Below, in pieces: positions 9,794-18,711 of a DNA stretch of 64,000 bases. The position numbers and the translations under genes are program-made. Every line of letters starts with the position of its first letter. Positions within the stretch are counted from its first letter, which is position 1. This DNA is from Bacteroidales bacterium (GTDB lineage Bacteria > Bacteroidota > Bacteroidia > Bacteroidales > Prolixibacteraceae), in the NCBI GenBank assembly GCA_041694375.1, contig JASMTI010000198.1, forward strand, positions 12,351 through 76,350. The letters run 5' to 3'. The notes under the pieces were generated by a model. That model had not been told where the DNA came from. It saw only the letters and a list, made by a program, of their open reading frames with translations, and searched no databases.

Positions 9794-11023
9794 ATGAAAA
9801 AATCAATTTTGTTATTTAAGTTAATGATTGTGTTACTGGCCTTTTCGGCGTTATTTGTGGCTTGTGAGGAAGAAGAAGTTGCACCAACAAGCAATGCCGA
9901 TGGCTATGTGCTGGCTTTACGTTCGTTAGGCACAAACAACGAAACAGCCGATTATATTTTAAGTGCCAATGACCTTACCTCGGGTGAAATATCGGCTGAA
10001 GGGCGCGGTGTTGAGCAACAAGGATGGCGGTATTATACAACTGCCGGCGACAGGTTTTTCAGTGTTGGCTATGGCGATAACAACCTAATAGGTTACCAAC
10101 TGAACGAAGAAAATATTTTTGTTGAAGCCGGTAAAATGGTATTTGAACGTATGGACTGTATGAGCCCTGCTTTTGACGATAAGTTTGTAGCCATTGGTGC
10201 CCCCTGGGGCGGTGGCTCATACGATTGTACCATCCAGTTGATTGATACTGAGTCGGTGTCGGTAGAGCATGAGGTAGTTCATCCCCTTTACCGGGTTTCA
10301 GAAAGTGATACGCTGAATAAATGGCCCACATCGGCAATGCTCAAAGACAATAAGGTTTATGTTTCATTTTACCCATTGCACGGGTCAAGCTGGCAAACCC
10401 CACAGGTTGATACGGCTTATATCAGTATTTTTAGCTATCCCGAATTGGAATATGAGAAAACCATCAAGGATACGCGTACCGGCCCAATTGGTTACTACGG
10501 TAACTCACCGGCCATGATGTTGGATGAAGGCGGAAACCTTTACACCGTTTCCCCAAGTTCGTATGCTGCCGGTTATACCTCGGTAAGCAAATCCTCGGGT
10601 ATCTTACGTGTAAATGCCGGCGAAAGTGAATTCGATACAAACTATTTTTTCGATGTTGAAGCTGTAAGTGGTTACAAAGTACTGACTGCAGCCTATGCCG
10701 GAAATGGTATGGCCGTTGCCCGCGTAGCAGCAAATGAAACTGAAGAAGAAATTGGTGGCTGGGGCGCATTTAAAGTAACCGTGCCACGCTTAAAGGTAGC
10801 TGTGCTCGACCTCGTGAACAAAACGGTTACCGATGTGGTTGATATTCCCCGGCATGGAGGGCAGTATGCAACACCATTTTTTATTGAAGACGGAACAGTT
10901 ACAATGTCGATTAACGATGGTGAAAATGTAAACCTATACCAAATCGACCCGCAAACAGCAACTGCAACGAAAGGTGCATCGGTTGATGGTATTGAAGTGC
11001 AGGCAATATATAACGCAAATTAA
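9794..11023 (+). CDS. DUF4374 surface lipoprotein (XusB-like)
   Basis: Lipobox LFVA-C followed by acidic EEEE. ADYILSANDLTSGEIS and GILRVNAGESEFDTNYFF are typical DUF4374 segments. Confidence 0.8.
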   Translation: MKKSILLFKLMIVLLAFSALFVACEEEEVAPTSNADGYVLALRSLGTNNETADYILSANDLTSGEISAEGRGVEQQGWRYYTTAGDRFFSVGYGDNNLIGYQLNEENIFVEAGKMVFERMDCMSPAFDDKFVAIGAPWGGGSYDCTIQLIDTESVSVEHEVVHPLYRVSESDTLNKWPTSAMLKDNKVYVSFYPLHGSSWQTPQVDTAYISIFSYPELEYEKTIKDTRTGPIGYYGNSPAMMLDEGGNLYTVSPSSYAAGYTSVSKSSGILRVNAGESEFDTNYFFDVEAVSGYKVLTAAYAGNGMAVARVAANETEEEIGGWGAFKVTVPRLKVAVLDLVNKTVTDVVDIPRHGGQYATPFFIEDGTVTMSINDGENVNLYQIDPQTATATKGASVDGIEVQAIYNAN

Positions 11024-12177
11024 TGACATACAAACAAATCATAAAAAAGGTACACCTATGGCTCGGGCTTGCGTCCGGGCTATTGGTGTTTCTTATTTCT
11101 ATCAGCGGGGCCATGTATGCCTTCAAAGATGAAATATTCAACAAGGTACATGCCGAACACAGGTATGTTGGTAAGGCTGGAGACGAAACCCTGCCGGTTG
11201 ATTCCCTTTGGCATATTGCTTCCGGTGCCCTGGGTGAAGGGCGCCCTGTCACTTATTTGAATACATATTCAGACCCTCTGCGGGCATGGGAATTCAAGGC
11301 TTACCACTATAACAACGATAAAGTATTGTATTTTAACTGGTGCGAGTACGACTTGGTTGTGTATGTTAATCCTTATAATGGAGAGGTTTTGCATGTATTG
11401 GACCACAAGTACGAATTTTTTCAAATGGTTAAAATGTTCCATTGGAGCTTTTGGCTCAATACTAAATATGGTCAGCCCATTGTAGGGTGGACTGTCGTTC
11501 TGTTTGTTGTTGCCCTTCTTTCAGGTTTAGTATTATGGTGGCCCACGGGCAAACGTTCAAAGCGCCGCAGTTTTGTAATAAAGCGCACCCGCAAATGGAA
11601 GGTACTGAATTACGATTTGCACAATGTACTTGGTTTTTATTCAATCCCCTTTGCTTTGGTGCTCTCGTTTACCGGCATGGTGTGGGCTTTTAAGTGGTTT
11701 ATGGCACTGGTTTACCTGGTGTTTAATTTAAGCAGCGAACCCCCTGTTACCGAACAAGCAAGTTCGGTATCATACAATAAACCTTTTGTTGAGTCGGTTT
11801 ACGAAACCGTTTACCAAAAATCAGTTTCTGAACACCCGGATGCATATTCTATTATGATACGGGCAGCAGAACCTTCGGATAGCGGTGTTGTGAACACATT
11901 TGTGAAAGAGAAAGAGGCGGTATATTATAAAGCCCATCAGGAAACATTTGATAAATACACGGGAGAGAAGCTTACCACAAGGGGGTTCGACGATTTGAAC
12001 CGTGGTGAAAAAGTGCTGAGCATGAATTATGATATTCATGTGGGCGCTATTTTGGGACTGCCCGGTAAAATATTGGTTTTTGTAATTGCATTAATCGCTG
12101 CATCAATGCCAGTAACAGGTTTCATTATTTGGTGGAACCGACGGAAAAAACGTAAAAAAATAACCATCGATATTTAA
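11023..12177 (+). CDS. PepSY-associated TM helix protein (XusC/FoxB-like ferric-siderophore reductase)
   Basis: His motifs KKVHLWLG, MFHWSF, YDLHNVLG and YDIHVG, four TM helices, and translational coupling (TAATG) to the upstream gene. Confidence 0.9.
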   Translation: MTYKQIIKKVHLWLGLASGLLVFLISISGAMYAFKDEIFNKVHAEHRYVGKAGDETLPVDSLWHIASGALGEGRPVTYLNTYSDPLRAWEFKAYHYNNDKVLYFNWCEYDLVVYVNPYNGEVLHVLDHKYEFFQMVKMFHWSFWLNTKYGQPIVGWTVVLFVVALLSGLVLWWPTGKRSKRRSFVIKRTRKWKVLNYDLHNVLGFYSIPFALVLSFTGMVWAFKWFMALVYLVFNLSSEPPVTEQASSVSYNKPFVESVYETVYQKSVSEHPDAYSIMIRAAEPSDSGVVNTFVKEKEAVYYKAHQETFDKYTGEKLTTRGFDDLNRGEKVLSMNYDIHVGAILGLPGKILVFVIALIAASMPVTGFIIWWNRRKKRKKITIDI

Positions 12178-12182
12178 TAGAT

Positions 12183-13733
12183 ATGTTTTCACTGTATAAC
12201 CCTGTAAAAAAAGAAAAGTCCGCATTAACTATTTTATATGGTACACATTCGGGCAATTCAAAATATATTGCAAAAACCGCATCAAAACTATTTAAAAAGA
12301 ATGGTGTTGAGAACACCTGTATTGATGTGGGGCGCTACAATTTTGATGATTTTCATACCGAGGAAAATGTTTTGTTGGTCATGAGCACCCATGGCGACGG
12401 GGTGCCACCTTCGTCTGCCAAAAAGTTTTACAAAAAGTTGATGAAACTTGACATTTCCTTGAGCAATTTGAATTTCTCGGTTTGTGCACTGGGCGATAAA
12501 TCGTACGATAAATTCTGTCAAACCGGTTTGGACATACACGAAAAGCTACAATTAGCGGGGGCAAAACAAATTACCGATGTGGTGAAATGCGATGTCGATT
12601 ATAAGCAGCCTGTACAAACGTGGCTCAAATTTCTGGTGAATCATTTTAAAGGTGGCGAAGCCAAGGTGCTTGATATTGGGCAAGCCCCAAAATCGGAGTT
12701 CAATGCACGTATTGTATCACGAAAAAGGCTCAATGCCCCCTCATCGGGTAAAGAAGTGATTGAACTGAAGTTAAAAATAAAAGACCCCGGTTTTTCATGC
12801 CTTCCCGGTGATACATTGGCTATTCTTCCCAAGAACAATGCAATAATGGTTTATAAAATATGGTCGCTGTTAAATACCAAACATTATACATCGCCAGAGG
12901 CAATCCCTTCGGTCATTAAAAGTTTAATCAACGATTACGAACTATCGTTACTGCCGATAAAATTTTTCAAGCAATACAATGCATTGGCCGGAAGTGAAAA
13001 ACTTGAGAAACTCATATTAAGTAAAGAAGTAAAAGAAAAGTACGGAGGTGAGAATGCCCTGGTGAATTTGATGCATGATTTTCCGGTGAAATTATCACCC
13101 GATGAATTAATTGCGATGTTAAAACCCATCAGGGCACGTTACTATTCAGTTTCATCAGTGTGGGATGTCGAAACCAATACCATTGACCTGTTGTTACGGA
13201 CCCTCAATCGGGGGGTTGCTACCAATTACCTTGGGCACCGCCTCGAAACAGGGAGCCGTATAAGTGTCAGACATGTCCAAAATGAGCAATTCAGACTGCC
13301 TGCCAAAAAAGATGTGCCGGTTATAATGGTCGCCAATGGCGTAGGATTGGCCCCTTTCAGGGCATTTTTGCAACAAATGCAAAACGAAGGGCGTAAGCAT
13401 AAAACATGGCTTCTTTATGGCGACCGCAGCCGCAAAACCGATTTCATTTACGAGAATGAATTTATGCAGTTCCAAACTGAAGGTGTTTTATCAAAATTGT
13501 CGTTGGCATTTTCGCGCGATGAAGAATCAAAATATGTTCAGCATACCGTAGCCGAAAACCAAAAGAAAATTGCAAAATGGCTTAAAAAGGGTGCACACGT
13601 GTATGTTTGCGGTTCAACCGGAATGGGAAAAGAAGTTAAACACGCAATTAAGCAGTCAATGGCGTTGAAAGGGAAAAAGTCCGGCATCGACCAGTTAAAA
13701 AAAGAGGGACGTTATTTTGTAGAACTATTTTAG
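12183..13733 (+). CDS. CysJ-like diflavin (FMN/FAD) NAD(P)H oxidoreductase
   Basis: Flavodoxin motifs LYGTHSGNS, STHGDG and ALGDKSYDKFC. FAD motif RYYSVSS. NAD(P) motifs GVGLAPFRAF, AFSRD..KYVQH and VYVCG. Confidence 0.88.
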   Translation: MFSLYNPVKKEKSALTILYGTHSGNSKYIAKTASKLFKKNGVENTCIDVGRYNFDDFHTEENVLLVMSTHGDGVPPSSAKKFYKKLMKLDISLSNLNFSVCALGDKSYDKFCQTGLDIHEKLQLAGAKQITDVVKCDVDYKQPVQTWLKFLVNHFKGGEAKVLDIGQAPKSEFNARIVSRKRLNAPSSGKEVIELKLKIKDPGFSCLPGDTLAILPKNNAIMVYKIWSLLNTKHYTSPEAIPSVIKSLINDYELSLLPIKFFKQYNALAGSEKLEKLILSKEVKEKYGGENALVNLMHDFPVKLSPDELIAMLKPIRARYYSVSSVWDVETNTIDLLLRTLNRGVATNYLGHRLETGSRISVRHVQNEQFRLPAKKDVPVIMVANGVGLAPFRAFLQQMQNEGRKHKTWLLYGDRSRKTDFIYENEFMQFQTEGVLSKLSLAFSRDEESKYVQHTVAENQKKIAKWLKKGAHVYVCGSTGMGKEVKHAIKQSMALKGKKSGIDQLKKEGRYFVELF

Positions 13734-13924
13734 TTAAAGTATTTCTTCAGGTTGTACTTTTGTGCTACCTGAAGACGTTTATCATCATCAATTGATTTCA
13801 TGTACATTTTCCATCCGGGGCAAAATTTAATATGCCATTTCCAGAACCGGCCGGCAAATGATTTTGGGTTTTTATCGTATTTTGCCCTCATTTTACATTC
13901 ATCGCAAGCTTGTGTTTTTTCCAT
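13730..13924 (-). CDS. Small conserved-looking Cys/Trp-rich hypothetical protein
   Basis: 64 aa, CDEC...RAKYDKNPKS..GRFWKWHIKFCPGWK. It starts 11 bp after the upstream PLP-enzyme gene on the same strand. Confidence 0.7.
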   Translation of the reverse strand: MEKTQACDECKMRAKYDKNPKSFAGRFWKWHIKFCPGWKMYMKSIDDDKRLQVAQKYNLKKYFN

Positions 13925-13935
13925 GATTTAAGAGT

Positions 13936-14886
13936 TTAAAAATAGTTGCTGATTTTATTTAAGTCGACATTACCGCCCGAGAGGATAATGCCTGTTTTTT
14001 TATTTTTTACATTAATTTTCTTCTCAATAATCGCTGCAAATGGAACAGCTGAAGATGGTTCAACAATAATTTTCATCCGTTCCCAAATCATCCGCATCGC
14101 CTTAATAATTGCCTCATCCGAAACCGTAACAATTTGGTCTGTTTTTGATTTTATGATTTCAAAATTAAGAACTCCAAGCGAAGTGAGCAAACCATCGGCT
14201 ATGGTATTGGGGTTAACCGAAGGATGGATTTTTCCATCGTAGAATGAGCGGTATGCATCATCGGCCCCTGAAGGTTCGCAAGCAATAACTTGTGCGCCGG
14301 GCAACATTTTTTTCGTGGTAATTGAGGTGCCTGCCAATAAACCTCCGCCCCCCACTGGGCATAGTATCAAGTCAAACGGGCCCTTGTCTTCAATTAGTTC
14401 TTTTACCGCGGTTCCTTGCCCGCTGATCACATCAAAATTGTTGTATGGGTGTATTTCAGTTGCCCCGGTTTGTTCAATTACACTTGCTAATGTGGTTTCG
14501 CGTGCTTCGAGTGTTGGTTTGCAAAACGTTATTTCAGCCCCGTAACCTTCCACAGCCTTTTTCTTTATTTCGGGTGCATTTTCGGGCATCACCACGTAAG
14601 CTTTAATACCGCGGTTACGTGCTGCCAATGCAAGTGCAGCAGCATGGTTGCCCGATGAGTGTGTTGCCACACCCTTTAAAGCTTTATCTTCGTCTAAACT
14701 CATAACAGCATTGGTTGCCCCACGAAACTTGAAAGCACCCACTTTTTGAAAATTTTCGCATTTGAAAAAAAGGTTACATTGGAAAATCTCATCCAGGCTG
14801 ACTGATGATAAAACAGGAGTACGATGAACAAAAGGCTTAATCCTTTTATGGGCTTTTTGTATGTCAGAAAATACCGGTGCTTGCAT
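13936..14886 (-). CDS. PLP-dependent serine racemase / serine-threonine dehydratase family enzyme
   Basis: KCENFQKVGAFKFRGA (PLP Lys), THSSGNH, PVGGGGL, EPSGADD, LSGGNVD. Minus strand confirmed (CAT at 14884-14886, TTA at 13936-13938). Confidence 0.9.
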   Translation of the reverse strand: MQAPVFSDIQKAHKRIKPFVHRTPVLSSVSLDEIFQCNLFFKCENFQKVGAFKFRGATNAVMSLDEDKALKGVATHSSGNHAAALALAARNRGIKAYVVMPENAPEIKKKAVEGYGAEITFCKPTLEARETTLASVIEQTGATEIHPYNNFDVISGQGTAVKELIEDKGPFDLILCPVGGGGLLAGTSITTKKMLPGAQVIACEPSGADDAYRSFYDGKIHPSVNPNTIADGLLTSLGVLNFEIIKSKTDQIVTVSDEAIIKAMRMIWERMKIIVEPSSAVPFAAIIEKKINVKNKKTGIILSGGNVDLNKISNYF

Positions 14887-14906
14887 TTATGGTTTATTTA
14901 ATAATT

Positions 14907-14914
14907 CAAAGGTA
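14907..14914 (-). promoter_or_regulatory. -7 box for the racemase/dehydratase operon
   Basis: Minus strand TACCTTTG. Confidence 0.55.
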
Positions 14915-15050
14915 ATTATTTACAAGTATTGATTCCACATAAAAATCAGTTTAAAATACATCAGGTATTTACCATCGTGACTTTTCACATGCACCTATGC
15001 ACATCAACCATTTTAAAATTTTATTGTTACTAAGTATAAAAAATTAGCCT

Positions 15051-15647
15051 ATGGATAAAAAGAAAAAACAAGTAAATAAATGGATAAAAGAGCGCAAATC
15101 AACTTTTGTAGGCGGTTTAAAAGAAGGAGGCAAAATTGACGACAAAGTGGTTGAGCAACTGCTTGAAAATGCCAGTTGGGCCCCATCCCATGGTTTGGTT
15201 CAGGCTTGGTATTTTAAAGTGTTTGAGGGTGAAGGCGTGAAACGTTTTTTTAATGTTCAAAAAGAGATTTATAAAAACATAACCCCGGCATCAAAATTTA
15301 AACAGCATAAGTACGATGGTTATGATGAAAAATGGAAATATGTATCGCATGTTATTGCTGTTATTGCCAAGCGCGACCCCGATAAGCGCTTCCCAAAACA
15401 AGAGGATTTGGTATCGGTGGCCTGTGGTGTTGAAAATATTTACCTGAGCCTTGATGCTTATGAAATAGGTGGCTACCTAAGTACAGGCGATGTTTGTTAT
15501 TCGCCCCACATGCGCAAATTTCTTGAACTGGACCGCGAGGATGAGCCCGTTGGTTTCTTCGTGTTGGGCATACCCGATGATTCTGCCCCAAAGCTGCCCC
15601 GTTCGAGGGTTCATTTCGCCGAAAAAACCGAGTGGGTCAGGGAATAA
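15051..15647 (+). CDS. Nitroreductase family protein
   Basis: IKERKS, LLENASWAPSHGLVQAWYF, VACGVENIYL, GGYLSTG. Confidence 0.85.
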   Translation: MDKKKKQVNKWIKERKSTFVGGLKEGGKIDDKVVEQLLENASWAPSHGLVQAWYFKVFEGEGVKRFFNVQKEIYKNITPASKFKQHKYDGYDEKWKYVSHVIAVIAKRDPDKRFPKQEDLVSVACGVENIYLSLDAYEIGGYLSTGDVCYSPHMRKFLELDREDEPVGFFVLGIPDDSAPKLPRSRVHFAEKTEWVRE

Positions 15648-15682
15648 AAAAGGCAGGAAGATAAACTGCTTCCTGCCTTTTG
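15646..15682. terminator. Bidirectional intrinsic terminator
   Basis: AAAAGGCAGGAAG...CTTCCTGCCTTTT between convergent genes. Confidence 0.9.
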
Positions 15683-15700
15683 GATAGTGTATTTCAATTT

Positions 15701-16954
15701 TTATTGTTTGTCAAACCATTCAAGCGAAGCTGCAATAGTAGGGAAGAATGCACCCGTATGATCCAATCCGCTAAAAGGGACCAACTTCACATTAGACGAT
15801 TGGTATGTATTTGAGAAATCTCTGTATAATAATGATGATTGTGTAGCAGGCACCCACTGGTCGTCGTTTCCGTGATATAAGTTAAGTGGTGATTGTACAT
15901 CCCAGGCACTAATGCTATTTTCAACAAACGCTTCACGTACAGGGGCGTATGTTTCAGAAGTCATAAAAACTTCATGGTCTTCAAAGTCATCATTAAACAA
16001 CTCACCAACGTAGTTGCTCATCTGTTCTTCTATTTCATTGGCGTAAGTGTTTCCATCAATTAAACCTACCACATTTTGATCATATGGTTCACTGAAAATG
16101 TCTGAATACTCAACATCCATATTGCTGTATTCTTTGAATGAGTCGATTATGTATAAGATAAATGAAGGTGTTTCGTAAAATCGGGGTTCTTTATTAATTA
16201 CAAATTCCCTGAACTCAAGAAAATCATACGCACCACTTCCGGCTGCAGTTGCTTTTACCTCTATATCGCTGTTTTGGCTATTGTTTTCAATAGCAGATAA
16301 TGCTGATACAGTGGCACTCCCACCCTGTGAGAATCCTAATAAGAATAAGTCGTTGTTTATATTACAATCTTCTTCTTGTTTTGCATATTCTTTAGCAGCC
16401 CTTATCATGTCAAGTACAGCATTATTCGTGTACTCTTTATGCATATATGGGTGCAGGTAGGTTGATGACTCACCAAACCCAATATAATCAGCTAATGCCA
16501 CAACATTTCCGATGCTGGCCATAAAAATTCCGGCAAAAGCTTCGTTTTCAGGGTTTGTCAGGTATCCGGCTTTTTTCATGTATACCGATGGTGAACTTGC
16601 ATTTGTAAAGATTGTACCATGCTGGTAACTAATCATGTCGAACGATTGATCTGCATCGGATGGATAGGTTACGATACCTGACACTTCAATTGTATCGTCT
16701 TCAAATTCAGTTTTGTAAGTCAATTTATAAACATCTACATCATATTTCAATTTTGCTGAGAACTCAGTAAGCCCTGCAGCTCCAACAATGGTTTCGAGGC
16801 TTGTTTTATTGATGGTAATAATCTTTTCCGCCTCAACGAGGTATTGTGGCTTAAACTCTTCTGGATCTTCTTCTTCCTTACAACCAAAAACCAGTAGTAG
16901 TGATGCTAAAACTATCACCAGCGGGAATTTAAATGTTTTCATCATTTTCATCAT
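15701..16954 (-). CDS. Secretory lipase-like alpha/beta hydrolase lipoprotein
   Basis: Lipobox VFG-C-KEEED, YQHGT, nucleophile elbow GFSQGG, HGNDDQWVP and C-terminal His (LDH). Confidence 0.82.
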   Translation of the reverse strand: MMKMMKTFKFPLVIVLASLLLVFGCKEEEDPEEFKPQYLVEAEKIITINKTSLETIVGAAGLTEFSAKLKYDVDVYKLTYKTEFEDDTIEVSGIVTYPSDADQSFDMISYQHGTIFTNASSPSVYMKKAGYLTNPENEAFAGIFMASIGNVVALADYIGFGESSTYLHPYMHKEYTNNAVLDMIRAAKEYAKQEEDCNINNDLFLLGFSQGGSATVSALSAIENNSQNSDIEVKATAAGSGAYDFLEFREFVINKEPRFYETPSFILYIIDSFKEYSNMDVEYSDIFSEPYDQNVVGLIDGNTYANEIEEQMSNYVGELFNDDFEDHEVFMTSETYAPVREAFVENSISAWDVQSPLNLYHGNDDQWVPATQSSLLYRDFSNTYQSSNVKLVPFSGLDHTGAFFPTIAASLEWFDKQ

Positions 16955-16997
16955 TTTTAGTGAATATTATTTTCTCTGTTTCTAACCAACTTAAATT

Positions 16998-17987
16998 TTA
17001 TGATAGAATGTTGTTTATCTCGTTGATTTCTTCACTTGAAAAAGTGAGGTAATCAAGTGAAGCGAGATTATCCTCAAGCTGATTGGTTGAACTGGCACCA
17101 ACAAGGACTGAGGTTACCTTTTTATCTTTTAACAACCAGGCAATGGCCATTTGCGCCAATGATTGTCCACGGGCAACAGCAATTTCATTTAATGCCCTGA
17201 TTTTATCGATTGCCCCCTCAACTTGGTCTTCCTGCAAGAACCCCCATGATTTTGCAGCACGTGAATTATCGGGGATGCCATTAAGGTATTTATCGGTAAG
17301 TAATCCTTGGGCCAAAGGTGAAAACGCGATGATGCCAACACCTAGTTCCTGGGCAGTGTCAAGCAAACTTTCTTCGCTCCAGCGTTCAAACATTGAATAT
17401 TTTATTTGGTTGATCAGGCAAGGGGTGCCTAATTCATTTAAAATACCAACAGCCTCTTTTGTTTCATCTGCATTATAATTTGATATGCCTACGTACAATG
17501 CTTTCCCTTGCCTAACAATTAAATCGAGTGCCGCCATTGTTTCTTCAAGTGGAGTGTCGGGATCGGGCCTGTGGTGGTAAAATATATCAACATAATCGAG
17601 TCCCATCCTTTTCAAACTTTGGTCGAGGCTTGAAACCAGATATTTTTTTGAACCCCAGTCACCATAAGGACCATCCCACATGCCATACCCGGCTTTTGTT
17701 GAAATAATCATCTCATCGCGGTAAGGTTTAAAATCCTTTTTAAATATTTTACCAAAGTTTTCTTCAGCCGAACCTGGTGGCGGCCCGTAATTGTTGGCAA
17801 GGTCGAAATGGGTTATGCCATTATCAAAAGCATATCTAAGGATTTCACGTCCGCTTTCAAAAATGTCTACACCCCCAAAATTGTGCCATAACCCGAGTGA
17901 AATAAGTGGTAATTTCAATCCTGAGTGACCACAACGTTGGTAGTTAATTTTTCCGTAGCGTTTTTCATTTGCATTGTACATGCTCAT
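16998..17987 (-). CDS. mgrA: Aldo/keto reductase, L-glyceraldehyde-3-phosphate reductase type
   Basis: SLGLWHNFG, FDLANNYGPPPGSAEENFG, ISTKAGY, DIFYHHRPD. Confidence 0.92.
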   Translation of the reverse strand: MSMYNANEKRYGKINYQRCGHSGLKLPLISLGLWHNFGGVDIFESGREILRYAFDNGITHFDLANNYGPPPGSAEENFGKIFKKDFKPYRDEMIISTKAGYGMWDGPYGDWGSKKYLVSSLDQSLKRMGLDYVDIFYHHRPDPDTPLEETMAALDLIVRQGKALYVGISNYNADETKEAVGILNELGTPCLINQIKYSMFERWSEESLLDTAQELGVGIIAFSPLAQGLLTDKYLNGIPDNSRAAKSWGFLQEDQVEGAIDKIRALNEIAVARGQSLAQMAIAWLLKDKKVTSVLVGASSTNQLEDNLASLDYLTFSSEEINEINNILS

Positions 17988-18028
17988 AATCTTTGTTTTA
18001 TATTTGTCTATTATATCAGGTTAATAAA

Positions 18029-18036
18029 CAAAAATA
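18029..18036 (-). promoter_or_regulatory. -7 box for the aldo/keto reductase
   Basis: Minus strand TATTTTTG. Confidence 0.45.
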
Positions 18037-18116
18037 CGAAAACATTTGGTTATTTTAAAAGTTAAATAAATTAGTATAAAATAGTTTTTTAGTTATTATC
18101 AAAAATATCGAAAGAG

Positions 18117-18701
18117 ATGCCGAAAATTGACTTTAAACCCGGGACCATGGTTTATCCGTTACCCGCTGCCATGGTAAGTTGTGGAGAGAACGAACAGGAG
18201 TACAATATCATTACCATTGCCTGGACTGGAACTGTAAACAGTAACCCGCCCATGTGTTATATTTCAGTCAGGCCCGAACGTCATTCACACGCAATTATTA
18301 AGCGTACCGGTGAGTTTGTAATTAACCTTACAACCGAAAATATGTCGAAAGAAACCGATTGGTGCGGCTGCCGAAGCGGGCGCAAGTTCAATAAGTGGGA
18401 AGAAATGAACTTAACCCCTTCGCCGGCAAAAGTTGTAAAAGCCCCCATTATTGAAGAAGCTCCTGTGAGCATTGAGTGTATTGTGAAAGACATTATCTCA
18501 TTAGGGTCACACGATATGTTTTTGGCAGAAGTTGTTAATGTTCGTGTTGATGATAAATATATGGATAATGAAACTGGAAAATTTGATTTGGCCGGTGCCA
18601 ATCCATTGGTATTCAATCATGGGGCTTATTTCAAACTCGGACAAAAAATAGGTAAATTTGGATATTCGGTACAAAAGAAAAAGCGGGCAAAAAAGAAATG
18701 A
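18117..18701 (+). CDS. Flavin reductase-like (DIM6/NTAB) protein
   Basis: YPLPAAMVSC, NIITIAWTG, GEFVINL, GSHDMFLAEV. Confidence 0.9.
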   Translation: MPKIDFKPGTMVYPLPAAMVSCGENEQEYNIITIAWTGTVNSNPPMCYISVRPERHSHAIIKRTGEFVINLTTENMSKETDWCGCRSGRKFNKWEEMNLTPSPAKVVKAPIIEEAPVSIECIVKDIISLGSHDMFLAEVVNVRVDDKYMDNETGKFDLAGANPLVFNHGAYFKLGQKIGKFGYSVQKKKRAKKK

Positions 18702-18711
18702 TATGGTTATT

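Noticed and set aside
12183-13733. Assimilatory sulfite reductase cysJ
   Set aside because: No cysI, cysH or cysDN is adjacent, the context is iron uptake, and the motifs deviate from CysJ. It was kept as CysJ-like only.
15051-18701. Redox gene cluster (nitroreductase, AKR, flavin reductase)
   Set aside because: Mixed orientations with separate promoters and terminators give no evidence of a shared pathway.
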